Assembly (NCBI RefSeq): GCF_001194135.2
Contig: NC_068989.1
Location: 60,420,414 to 60,481,326 of the forward strand
DNA length: 60,913 nucleotides
Direction: 5' to 3'
Source: Octopus bimaculoides
Taxonomy: Eukaryota
The notes below the pieces were generated by a model, which searched no databases, was not told where the DNA came from, and saw nothing but the letters and a program-made list of their open reading frames with translations. Of the stretch, positions 49,110 to 60,913 are shown piece after piece (position 1 is the stretch's first letter; every line of letters starts with the position of its first letter). Position numbers and translations under genes: made by a program.

Positions 49110-51775
49110 AGAAAATGGATAAATGGATAAATATCGTCGATTTGATCTATTTCGTATTAAAATTTAATTTTTATGTCGGATGATTATCAGAAATATCAAT
49201 AATTTATTAGAAACTCAATGTACTGTCCCGAATTCACAATAAAAAGAAGACTTGCTATACTTAGAAATTTCCGAAGTGACTCTAAACAAAAATTAAAAAC
49301 ACGTTTAGCAAATGCTACAACACAGGAAGTATCCTTTTTATAGACAACGGCAGAGTTAATTTTATGCTAAAGCATATGCTTTTCTCAATAGCATTAAAGG
49401 ATGTCTGCAATAAACGTTTCCAAGCAGGAATTGAAACTTAAGCTGAGAGGGATACGAACATAAATAGGCATCATTAAATGCCGTACGTATTTTGTCCGAC
49501 GCTCTAACGATTCTGATAATCTTATACCACAATTATACTGTGAAGTTCAGACAGGGAATAAATCGTAATATTGCTAAAACATCTATTATACCGAGTTAAT
49601 ACTCCATTACGAAATTACTTGACTTGCTACATGAGTGGAGAGTGAATTCCAAAAGTATGTAATGTTATTTTGTAAGCTACAAATTACTACCTAACATGAA
49701 AGATATTATTTTCTATATCATAATATCTTTGCTGAAGAATGATGGTTAACTTCGTTCTGATTAGTATTTCAGAATTCCAGTTGGATAAAAGGTTCTATGG
49801 ATGTTTGCTAAATTATTAGTTACCCTGCTGGAAACAGCAATTTTTCCCTTTATGATACAAAATGCTGTCTAGAATAAACGTAGCGAGAAATATATAAATA
49901 TACAATCTATATGGGAACATTAGAGTTTCAGTAAGGTTTGCAAGTTTTGATAATTTGTTAGTTATGGATTTCTTTTTTTCCTATGAAATCTTCAAAGGAA
50001 CTATAAATATCTTCCTTCTATACTGAATAAAGATTACTTTTGTGGGCTTTGCATAATGCATGAGTAGATCTAAATTTTTATTTTTAAAACCAAGATCGCA
50101 AGATGTTGAATATTAAATAGAGCAAGAAATTGCAATGAAATTAATGACTAACAATTGTTATAAATACTAAAGGACCACCGAATTAATTTACTTAATGAGA
50201 TAAGAAGCAGTAGGCAACGCAAACGTTTTGCCTTTGGAAATTGTTGTTATAAGAAGTTGTTATAATTCAGAGATTTCCGAGGTGACTTCAAGCAAAAATT
50301 CAAAATCTGTTTAGTAAATACGGCAACACAGGATGTCCTATTTTTAGTAGCTTTTATTTAAGAATAAAAACATATGCTTTTCTCAAAGCATGATTGAAAT
50401 AAATTATTTCAAGGAATCGAAAGTTGGTGCATATAACGGCCATTTTTATACAAAGTGAATGGGAAAATAAAATTTTGTTGATATTTGTGTCTACATGTAG
50501 GGTTGTAATTGAAAATATAGCAGGTATATTATATTACAGTAATATATTTCTACTTTTATCTGAAGGGTACTCACTATTATAAAAATTCTGTAAAAATATA
50601 TAATCAAAGTGCACTACATGTATTCCAAAAAACATTCCTATAGAACAGTCAATTATTCTTATGACACAGTTTCCAAGGATGTAGTACTTTCATAAAATCT
50701 TTTGCACTTCTGAAAACAGAGAAATATACTTTTTACTTACATTAATATGAATTCTTTTAAAGTTCTTGTATGTGATCGACCTTTTCCTTGCTTTCTCTGC
50801 AATGGATTCTCTGTAGTCAGGGTTGAAAAAGAAAGACAAAGTTAACGACAGATTTCTTCTCTCTGGAGAAATTCACTGAGAGCATATGCTTGAAAGCTTT
50901 CTCTCACATCCATACATTTACTTTCCTTTGCCAATTGCTTTAATTGCGTTAGTTTTCTATGGAAATAATCATCTAAATATTATAAAATAATCCTATTTTA
51001 TCATTCATAGTATTACTACTCCCTTTTTAGAGAATAACGTATATTTTCCAAACGTACTATCTGACTGATAGCATAAATGTAATCATGCAAAATAGATGGT
51101 GGATTCTATATCTCAACTTCCCCATTATAAACACAAGCTTACTTTATTCAGAATGTTTGCTTCAGACGAAAGTATTTCAAAATGATAAAGATAGGTATTT
51201 CTCCTTTTCATTTTATGGATTTTGCAAATTTGATATAAATATAAATAAAGGATTAAAAACAAAATACCCAAGTTGATATCCGCAATATGTTGAAATATGA
51301 TCATTGTTAATCTGCTGTATTATTCCTTCTTTTCTGCTTTAGTTAAATGTAAGCTATCACCTGGAGATTCAGTTGACAGAATTGCAAACCGAGATATTAA
51401 TTAATGTAATTCTTGCTTACACTTTGTTTTTACTGCTAATTATTTCCTTTTCACATCTATAGTTTCAGGTATATTGGTTCATAATATAATATTAGTTGAT
51501 TATATAATATAACGATACTTTATGCCACGCCTTCAATGCACATATATTTATATTTATTGAATTAGATAATATGCATGATCAAACAGCTAATAACATCGCG
51601 AAAGTATCAATATTCATTTCTACACGTTCTTCGGGAACGTGCCCTGTACATTACATCTGAAACAAAATACATTTTGGGTGGCCATATACTGTTACAGAAT
51701 TACATTATCTACTGAGAAAATAATTATGACACAAGATTTAGTGTGACAATTTTCTTTACGCAGACACAAGAAGGA

Positions 51776-52600
51776 AGAAATGGTAGAGAAAGAGGTTATG
51801 AAGGAAGACAGACGGAAGGAAAATTAAATGGTGGTCGAAAAAGAACTTCAAAAGGAGCTCGAAGAAGAGTTGCAGAAGGAGGAGACAGCAGCAAACACAT
51901 TGATTGTACCAGTAGAGGAGGCCGATTCAGGAGAACGATTGTACGAGGGTGGGTGAAATGGAGGGATTATTCAGAGTGGAAAGAGAAAAGGTACCAGCAG
52001 TGGAGCAGGAAAAGGGAAAGCAAGTAAGAAAGCCTCAAAAACATCGATGGAATTTTGTGACATATGCGAAAAACAAAGAAACAGAACGGAAAATAATGAA
52101 ATTTCAGTCTATCATTAGGGTAAAGCTACCCACAGACATGTATTCGGAGAATGGGAAGGCCACTGTGGTCGACAGGGAGAAATACAACAGGCAGAGAGAT
52201 ATGTGTGAAGGGGGGATTTCATTCCCCGGGAGTAGCGGTGGAATTCGACAAATTGCCACCAGTAATGGAATTGAAGGGTCTCGAACCGGTTATGAAATAT
52301 TGAAAAAAGAAAAAGTAAGTAAACTTGTTTATTGGAAAAAAAAAGAAAAAAAAAGTAAAATTGTGTTATCTAAAAAAAAAAAGAGAGAGGAAACATGATG
52401 ATAAGGAAATTGAATGATTGTAAACAGTATATTAAACGTTCAAATGGTACTGCGTGAGGAGTGGGGCCCATTCAGTCATTTCATTTTCATTATATAACAT
52501 CTTCATTTCCATTCGTTTTATGTTTTTTGTCCCCATTGTGATATTTTGTCTGTCCTTGTAGTGCCCCTCTGTGTTATGTCCGCAGTGCCAAATAAGGAAA
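51776..52600 (+). mobile_element. ORF1/gag-like element copy A (3' part plus tail)
   Basis: E/K-rich region, RWNFVTY...VKLPTDMYSEN, and a 3' tail homologous to 59380-60160. Confidence 0.7.
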
Positions 52601-52639
52601 AGAGGTCAAGCTAGTTCCATGTAACATGCGGCTCCTAGT

Positions 52640-53760
52640 TTGCTATTTTGTTTGAAGGATTCTGCCCAGAATTGTGAACTGTTGAAATTGTTTGTTTAAT
52701 TTGTTGCTGTTCGTTGAGAACAAATAGCTTGTTCAGCAAGCTTGTGCTTTTTGTCGTATCTTTTCCCACCCATTTAGAATGGGAAAATGTATGCCTGAAA
52801 TGAACGTGGAACTCGAGGGAACACGAGCAGGAAGCTACGCGTCTGTAGCTGGAAATGGGAATATGGCGAAAATAAGGAAGCTGTTGGAAATGCAAGAAGT
52901 TATCATTGACTGGGGAGCATTATGTGAATGCATGCAATTTACAGAAAGTGTGGGGTTGAGTATAAAGTTGACCCTACCCCCAAAAGAAACAACCGGAAAA
53001 GTGAGAAGAAGAATGGTGGTGTACAGGACACTGTATTTGCCGAAGAAAAGATCGAAATGGCATCGGACGATGCCATTGAATAATGCTTGGATACAATAAG
53101 AGACATCTCCTTCTACACCAGAGGGAGGAGATTCGGTACACTGGAGGTACGATTTGCATCCGAAGAGTAGGCATTTAAGCATTTTAATGTACCAATTAGG
53201 ACTGAAGAATGGCTGCTCTTGCCAACCTTGGGGAAACGACTCTCTAGAGTTAGGATTGGCAGGATTCCGCCAGAAGTGAGAGAGATATGGATAGCGGCTA
53301 TATTCACTGAAACAAAGGAAAAAGCAAAGTTGTGCAAGCAACTGGAACACGACAATTGAATTGATTAGGTTACGGCTTGGAATTATTTATCCAAACGGAC
53401 CTAAACGAAGTCCCCGAAATTATTGAGTTGCCGGACGATATAAAATTAACAGTGACAGTGGAAGAGAGACCTCTCACCTGCTATTGTGGTGGCCAGAAGG
53501 AGTACATTAAAAGGAAATGCCCCCAAAATGAACAAGAAGAACAGAAGAACGAAGCTGAGATCCAAAGCGAGCCCCAGAGCACAGCGATGGTAACGGAAAG
53601 GACCCAGGAAGCGACAGATTCAAAACGAACATACGAAGAAGATTCTGAAGAGGACTACATTCAAGTAACAAGGAAAAGAGAATGGAACAATACACCACCA
53701 AAAGGCACACAATGCAAAAAAAAAAAGAAAGAAAAAAGAAAAGTTACACTCACCAGATAA
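52640..53760 (+). mobile_element. ORF1/gag-like element copy B (L1/Tx1-like ORF1), frameshifted
   Basis: SYASVAG...RRFGTLEVRFASEE...RVRIGRIPPEVREIW...LGYGLELFIQ...TCYCGGQKEYIKRKC (degenerate knuckle 53479-53520). Confidence 0.7.
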
Positions 53761-54039
53761 ACGAAATGCAGACATCCCTAGAGAACAACGCACCCACACA
53801 GTGCACGTCACTGCTATCATCCCCTAAAAAAAAAACTGCCCAAAATTTCCTACTAAGCATTCACATGCAGACGTTCTTGTTGGCACTCCGTCGCTTACGA
53901 CGTCGAGAGTTCCAGTTGATCCGATCAATGGAACAGCCTGCTCGTGAAATTAACGTGCAAGTGGCTGAGCACTCCACAGACACGTGTACCCTTAATGTAG
54001 TTCTCGGGGATATTCTGCGTGACACAGTGTGACAAGGCC

Positions 54040-55340
54040 GACCCTTTGAATTACAGGCATAACAGAAACAGGTTAGCTTAATTACGTCTAATTAATTACC
54101 TTGGAAGAAGGACCTACACAATTAAAATAGAGAGTATCCCTTCAGAACTCTCCAGTTCATGGCTGATAGCAGCCTTATTGTTCAATTAAAAAGATGAGGC
54201 CTGTCTCATTTCAACTTCCTGAATCTAACTTCAAAACTAGCATGGTCGTGGCCTGGAATTTTCAATCCTGGCCACCGAAAAAGACATGGAAGAAATTGCA
54301 GAATATATTATACTGTCGGATGAGACAAAAGGAATGGTTATCGTAGAAACCTGAGGTGCTCCGGGTGTGGACAGAAGGGCCACAAAAAAGCTAAGTGCCC
54401 ACGGTCATGCAACTGGAGGCAAATCCTCCATCCGGCAAACCAGTACAAATGGAAGAAGCAACTGGCATCGAAAAAGATAAATCTACCGACGTACCACTGA
54501 CCAACAAGCTTAACCCTGCAAAAGAAAACATCCCCAAAGAAAAGAAGTTGAATAAAACTACGACAAAGAAGCCCCCAAAAAGGGGAAAGTTCTATAAGAG
54601 ACACTCAAGTAGATTCAACGCCGGCCGAAAGCAGCGACGAATGGACAGAGGTAAAGAGAAAAAAGAAAAAAGAAAAAGACACCCTTCCACGCGCTTATGT
54701 AAATCTTCAAATATCAGTAAACACAGTGCACACACAGAGCCTTGAAACACTAAACATAGACGATGAAAAAACACATATTCCACTCACAAGACACCAACAG
54801 TTTGTTCACTAGACAGATATAATCCATCTACACAGGAGATATCACCTCCATAATGACCTGAAAAAACCCAACTCAGGTACACAAATCCATATATTAGACC
54901 CTCGCCATCTGAACATAAGAACGAACTATAAAGACAAATTAAAAAGTAATTTAAAATAAGTGTTACACATCCTTCAAAAATAAGTATGAATGAGAACGGT
55001 ATGTTTGAGGTATTAAATGTAATAGACGGTAAATTTATCAGTGTTTCAATGGAGAGTATGAAAGTTTTTGCTTATTTGAAGTTTTGCACGAATTTGTTAG
55101 AACGTTGTTCCAAGCTTACCTTTTACACGTTTCATTTGTATTTTACCACAAGAAAAACTGTAATCTGGATAAGGTTCAGTGAGGATGCGTGGTTGGTAGG
55201 GTCCCCCGTATCTATCACTCCATTTTCCCCCTCTTTTTTCATCTTCCATTTTTACATTCGCTTTTTCCCTGCATTTATTGTTTGTATGTGCGTGTGCTGT
55301 CCCACCTTTATTGGACCCTAAGTGGTTAATCAAAAATAAA
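54040..55340 (+). mobile_element. ORF1/gag-like element copy C
   Basis: YLGRRTYTIKIESIPSELSSSWLIAA, then a perfect CX2CX4HX4C knuckle CSGCGQKGHKKAKC at 54357-54398. Pyrimidine-rich tail with AATAAA at 55335-55340. Boundaries approximate. Confidence 0.65.
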
Positions 55341-55697
55341 GGTTCGTGCTAGTTCCACAGTTCGTGTGTTGATAGTTCAAAATTAGAGTTCAAAGTTTAC
55401 AGATCGAGTTAGCTTGTTGGATTGTTGGTTCTTAACAGATTGTTTTTACGTTCCGTGTGGTTACTGCTGTTTGTTTCGATTATATTGTTATTATACTGTT
55501 GCAGTGTATTCGTTTATTCATAAGGATATATCACCTAGAAAAAAAGGAGACAATATCTACATCAGAATTTTCCTATCTACAAAAATAATCGAAATTATGA
55601 CAAGTTGTTTGGATAAAATGCTTCCTCGATTCTTATTTTCATGCCGTCCATCGATGACCGTATTATCTAATATATCCTTTCTCTTATAATGTTCCGT

Positions 55698-55766
55698 ATA
55701 ACTTAGTTACTGTTTCTCCTAAGTTAAGTTGAGGATAACTTAGTTACTGTTTCTACTAAGTTAAGT
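55698..55766. repeat. 37-bp tandem duplication, each unit with an internal 8-9-bp inverted repeat
   Basis: ATAACTTAGTTACTGTTTCT(C/A)CTAAGTTAAGT x2. Confidence 0.9.
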
Positions 55767-58017
55767 GACTACAAAGGAGGCTCCGACATTAATTGGAAAA
55801 TACATAGGTAAGACTAAATAAATATTTAATCCATGTATGTACTTGTCTGTTGTGATGTATTGCCAAGCTCAAAACATTAACCTAAAGAATTTGTATAACA
55901 TTCCAAATTAACATTATCCTTAGATTAGGGGCTCCAGTGATTCATATTTAAGTGAAAATATTTGTAAACTATATAGCAACTGAGAACCGGATATTTTAAT
56001 GATTTTAATCTTGCTAGAATGCTGAAATATGAGCCGAATTTAAAGTGCAGGCAAACATCTTGATACATAAATGTTTAAGAAAAATAATGACTCAACATCC
56101 AGAAGCTTTTAATTTACGAACACTTTCTCCTATCTTCTAAAGTTATCTGCAGTATAATATGACAGTCTTTAAAAACTAAGAAAAATTATGGATGTGAAAC
56201 ATTCACATGATTAAGATTTATTTTTTTTAAAGAAATCCATTAATGCCAAAATCTAGTCATAATTTGCTGTGAACATTTTGAAAGGTTTCTGAAATTACCC
56301 GCTTGATTTCATAACACTTTCTCCCTAATTTAATGTATCTCTCTTTTAAAAGTTATTTGAAATAGAGATATATTAAATTAGGTAAACTCCTGCAACATCA
56401 AGCGGATAAACTATTCCAAAAGAAATTTGAAACCGACAGTTAACAATCATTCGAGGTGATTCACTTGTTTAAAGATAAGCTAGAATTGTAGAGTATTATG
56501 GAAGTCAAACTTTTAACTGGATTTCAATTATTTCATTAGCTTCAGAACATCACTAATTATCCATGGAGACAAGAGGAATCCTGTTATTTACACTACCTGC
56601 AAATATTAACACAATTCTACCAAAAACGTAGAACTCTCATCTAGCTAGCTCTTGTAGTAATAAACATCAAGGCTTTTATCCAAGCAAGGTGGAGATATCA
56701 AACCTTCAAGGTGATTTTGAACTCTGTAGTCGAAGTTAACAACGCACTATATATTTTGATCAGTAGGCCATCTGAAACTGAATTTTAGAAAGATATTTAT
56801 AATTTAAGGCAGGAATAAGGTAGAAGCAAAAATATGGAACCTGATAAAATGCAGCCTAGAAATCAGTCTCATTTGCACTAAATGGATGTACTGACAGGAA
56901 ATATCTGCTTCACAGAATAATACTTGAGCTTTCAAATAAAAGGAATTGGACTAAATGCTACAAGACGTAAAGTTCTTTCTGCTTCTATGAATTCCATTTT
57001 GCATCCTTTAATATCATTTTGGTGTAATAATGGTTGAAATACAACTTGAAATCAATTTCACGAAAAAGCTTGTCATCCATTTCTTTAGCTAATATAAAAA
57101 AAAAAAATATATTACTAGAAGGCATTATATTATAATCTATTCTGTAAAAGTTTTCTTCCTAACTGAAACACAGGACCATTTCTGTTACTGTTTTCTAGTT
57201 TTAAAATATGGTTCTAATTGTTTTCAAATTTGCTGTGCCGTTTTAGTTTTGTACGCTAATTATGGAAATGAATATAATTATTGCCATAAATTAATAAATA
57301 AAGAGTTAAGAGCTTTTAAACTTCGCACATTTTGGGTAATTTTAGCCTATCGAAAGCCGCAGACATATTGGTGCATGTTTCCATAGTAACAAGCGAAACT
57401 GTAGTCTCCTGCCCAAACCACCATTACCACCACATGTATGTTCTATTAGCTTATGTAATTTCTTTGACGACAAGTCAGAACTTAACTCTAACCCTAAACT
57501 TAACCCTAGCCATAAAACCCAAATCAAACCCCAATCCAGTCCGAAACATTCAGTTTGTTTTTGTTATTTTTCGTAAAAACCTGGTGGAAGATTTGTTGCC
57601 TTTTAATTTTTTTTTACATACCTGTTCGACCGTTTCATATGACCGTTCATTTACTAAAGCTACATACGACTTTCATCCTCGTAAAGTTTTGCTTCCATTG
57701 TGTTAATTAAAACTTCATCATCATAATGTTTTTGTTTTAATTTTGTGATAGACAGCCAACACGCAGAAAATGCCAGCTTCCAAATCCTGTTTTCTGATTT
57801 GACAAAACTTATTACCCCCGCTAAGGCAAAGGTATTGTTTCCAGTCGTATTCGTTTGTTTGTTTGTCCGTGAACAAAATATCTCAAGAACCACTGGATTT
57901 ATTCGGATGAAACTGTCAGAAATGTTTGGCCTTGTAACTGGCACGAACTGTTTAGATTTCGGGTTCGATCCGGTATCGGACAAGAATACTGGATTGCTTT
58001 TCTCGTTTTCTTTTTAC

Positions 58018-58211
58018 TCTTTTGTTTCAATCATTTGACAGCGGTCATACTGGAGCACCGCCTTTATTCAAACAAATCGACCCCATGATTTATTCTTTGT
58101 AAGCCTAGTACTTATTCTATTGGTCACTTTTGCCGAACTGCTAAGTTACAGGGACATAAACACACCAGTATCGGTTCTCAAGCGATTGTGGTGGTGGGGG
58201 GACTAACACAG

Positions 58212-58230
<19 letters not shown>
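58018..58230 (-). mobile_element. SINE family B, 3' half
   Basis: Matches 30375-30600. Confidence 0.85.
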
Positions 58231-58240
<10 letters not shown>

Positions 58241-58243
<3 letters not shown>

Positions 58244-58525
58244 GAGGGTGAGTAAAAAAGTAATTACCAACACAGGAACATTTATCATACATCAGAATGA
58301 AGCTAGTCCTCTGTGGATCACATCCCTACTCCTCAACATAGTTACTGTTTCTGTCAAGAGCAATGTTCCACCTTCGAATGAAAGCATGTATTCCTGCCTC
58401 GTAAAATTCTGTTGACTGTTCTTTGAGCCACTTCTTTACTACAGTTTTCACTTCCTCGTCACTGGAGTAATGTTTGCCTCTCAAACCCTCTTTGATGGGG
58501 CCGAAGCGATGATAGCAGCTGGCCA
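58241..58525 (-). mobile_element. Mariner 3' end (transposase C-terminus plus TIR)
   Basis: CYHRFGPIKEGLRGKHYSSDEEVKTVVKKWLKEQSTEFYEAGIHAFIRRWNIALDRNSNYVEE*. Terminus TA-CGAGGGTGAGTAAAAAAGT at 58241. Confidence 0.88.
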
Positions 58526-58526
58526 C

Positions 58527-60160
58527 AGTTATGCGGCTGCAACTGGAAAAGGAAAGACGTGGAAACGCTGGAAACACGTGAATTAAGGTTGAACAACGAA
58601 AAATGAAGGAATGCAAGACGCTGCTGGAAAGAGATGGAAATACACTGAAATTAACGCTAAGTGTGGAACTTACAACCAACGTAATGAAAAAAAACGGTAA
58701 CATATAAAACGATGAATATAGCAACAAGAAAATAGAAATAGCGACAATAGAGGCTATCGAAGAATGTCTACAGAATATAACAAGTCTAACGACATTTATA
58801 ACAAGAAGGGGACAGTAGTTTACTGTGGAGGCACGTTTTGCATCAGAAGTGGAAGCAAGTATGCACCCCACGGAGGCAATAAGATCGGAAGAATGGGTAC
58901 TTTGCCATCGTACTGTGGCAAATCTGTGGCCAAGGTGCGAGTTGGCAAAGTGCCACCAGAGCTAAAAGAAACATGGCTGATGTCAGCCATAATGTATGAC
59001 ATAAAGGAGGAGGCTAAGATACTGAAGGCCACAACAACCCAAAGATTTAACTACTGGGGATATGGAATAGAGTTAACCGTTCAAGCAACTGTGGAAGACC
59101 TAAACAGAATTGTCGAAGAGAAGAGACAGTGCTGCTCGACGACGTAGGATTCAGAGTGGTAGTGGATTGCAAGCTGCCCATATAGGTTATACATGTGGGG
59201 AAAAGGGCCATATGAAGGCAAGGTGTCCTCAGAGATAAACAACAAATAGAGCAGACGGAGAGTCAGGAGAGCACGAACCAGGTGGTACAGGTCGAGATAA
59301 AGAAGAAAGCAATAGAGGAGGGGTTCACGGTGTTTAAAAAAGGGAAGTGAGAGAGTGAGCCCTCCGTCAGAGCAACAGAAAAAGAAGAAAGAAGAGATGG
59401 AAAAGGAGGAGACCAGAAGGAAGGAAAATGAAATGGTAGAGGATAAAATAAGTGAAAAGGAATTTGAAGTGTTCAAGAAGGAGTTGCATAGAGAGGAGAC
59501 ATTGTTGAAGACACCGGTTGTTCCAGTGGAGGAAGGAAATTTAGAAACGCAAGCGGAGAGACTGTTCAGAGTGGTGGAAGAAATGAAGAAGGTACCAGGA
59601 GTGGAGCAGGAAAAGAGAAAGCAAATAAGAAAAGGAAAATTTCGATGGAATTTTGTGACGTACACAAAAAAGCAAAGAAACTGAAAAGAAAGTATTAAAA
59701 TTTAAACATATAACAGTTAAGTTGCCCACGGACGTCTATTCCGAGAATGTGGTTGACAAGGACTCCTACAACAGACTTAAAGACATGTGTGGTGAAGGGA
59801 TTGATCCACCAGGAGTGTTGGTGGAGTTCGATGAATAGCCCTCTGTAGTGGAGCTAAAAGATGTAGAACCTTTCATGAGATATTAAAAAGGAAAAAAGGA
59901 AAATTGTTTTACTGAAGAAAGAAGGAAAAAATAAAATTTTCATTTAAAAAAAGAGGAAAAAACAAGACAATAAAACGATTGTAAATATTTTATATAAACG
60001 TTCGAATGATACTGCATGGGAGTGGGGCCCATACAGCCAATTTCATTTTTTATTTTTATATAACATTTCATTTTCATTCGTTTTATGTTTTTTCCCATTG
60101 TGGTGTTTGTCTTTGTAGTGTCCCCTCTGTGTTGTGGCCGTAGTGCCAAAATAAAGAATC
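58527..60160 (+). mobile_element. ORF1/gag-like element copy D (near full ORF1 plus 3' tail, no RT seen)
   Basis: SYAAATG...KIEIATIEAIEECL...ARFASEVEA...KVRVGKVPPELKETW...YWGYGIELTVQ...GYTCGEKGHMKARC (59185-59226), E/K-rich region, RWNFVTY, tail with AATAAA at 60150-60155. Confidence 0.75.
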
Positions 60161-60913
60161 ATTGGCGTAGGTTTGCTCTGTATGAGTGCTCTTGCTAGAA
60201 CTTACATCCATCTAACACTTAAAAATTCTACTTAATTTCAGATTTTGTAACTACAACCAGAAAGATCCGAAACAATCATATACACCTATCAAAATTACAC
60301 GACGAGAAGTTAAGATTTAGATTTGGACACAAGGTATTGATCAGTACTTTGTATCGAATGGGGTGAAGTTTAGACCAGATGATCATATCCTTGAAAACTG
60401 ACACGAAACGTATACATACATGTTAATCTCCCATTAATTACTTTTAGCGTGAAATTATCTTATTGTACATGAATTATGTGGAGAAAAAGAATAATCTCAT
60501 AAACACACCCTCCAGAAGAGATAGGATCTCCTATTTGAAAGCCCCACATTATTAATATCTTCGATATGTAGCTGTGCTACATTCCTAGAAATAATCACAT
60601 TAGTTTTAAAAGCTCCCTTCTAACTCCAATACTTAAGAAGAAAGCGAAAAATAGAAGATACATTCCTTGGAATATGCATTAAAATTTAGGAGGGTTATTA
60701 AACTTTCACTCAACCTAACTTAAATTGGTATCTTTGAAACTTCACACACACGTTGTGAGAGAAAGGGGAAAGAGAGAAGTTGAATTATATATTTTTGTGC
60801 TGAGGTTCAATTTCTATCAAATATATCAAAACAAAAGTAAGAAACTAAAGAAAATAATAGAGAGAATGTCGTTTTGTAATGAAAAATAGAAAGAAATGAA
60901 ACCTTATATATAT

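Noticed and set aside
57377-57390. RFX X-box match GTTTCCATAGTAAC
   Set aside because: A single degenerate 14-mer can occur by chance in 61 kb of AT-rich DNA, and no linked gene was seen.
57480-57540. Telomere-like (TAACCC) run
   Set aside because: Only two or three imperfect units, too degenerate to call an interstitial telomere.

Overview
AT-rich, repeat-dense eukaryotic DNA. The tRNA-derived SINE families and microsatellite load look like an octopus genome (inferred from recalled repeat families, not checked). I found no host gene exon I can support. The window contains (i) decayed non-LTR retrotransposons of several clades (two Dong/R4-like, one R2/NeSL-like, one HERO-like with an intact RLE endonuclease ORF, CR1, RTE), (ii) many SINE copies, including a four-copy head-to-tail array, (iii) Tc1/mariner remnants, a MITE and foldback elements, (iv) a same-strand cluster of gag/ORF1-like (CCHC knuckle) elements with no visible RT, and (v) three assembly gaps. 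The strongest unexplained signal is hammerhead ribozyme motifs inside inverted-repeat elements. One lies in each arm of a ~580-bp foldback (29.7-30.3 kb). A degenerate minimal hammerhead with a palindromic stem III lies inside an interlocking inverted-repeat structure (22.9-23.3 kb). Both resemble Penelope-like pseudo-LTRs or retrozymes. All alignments, identities and folds were done by eye.
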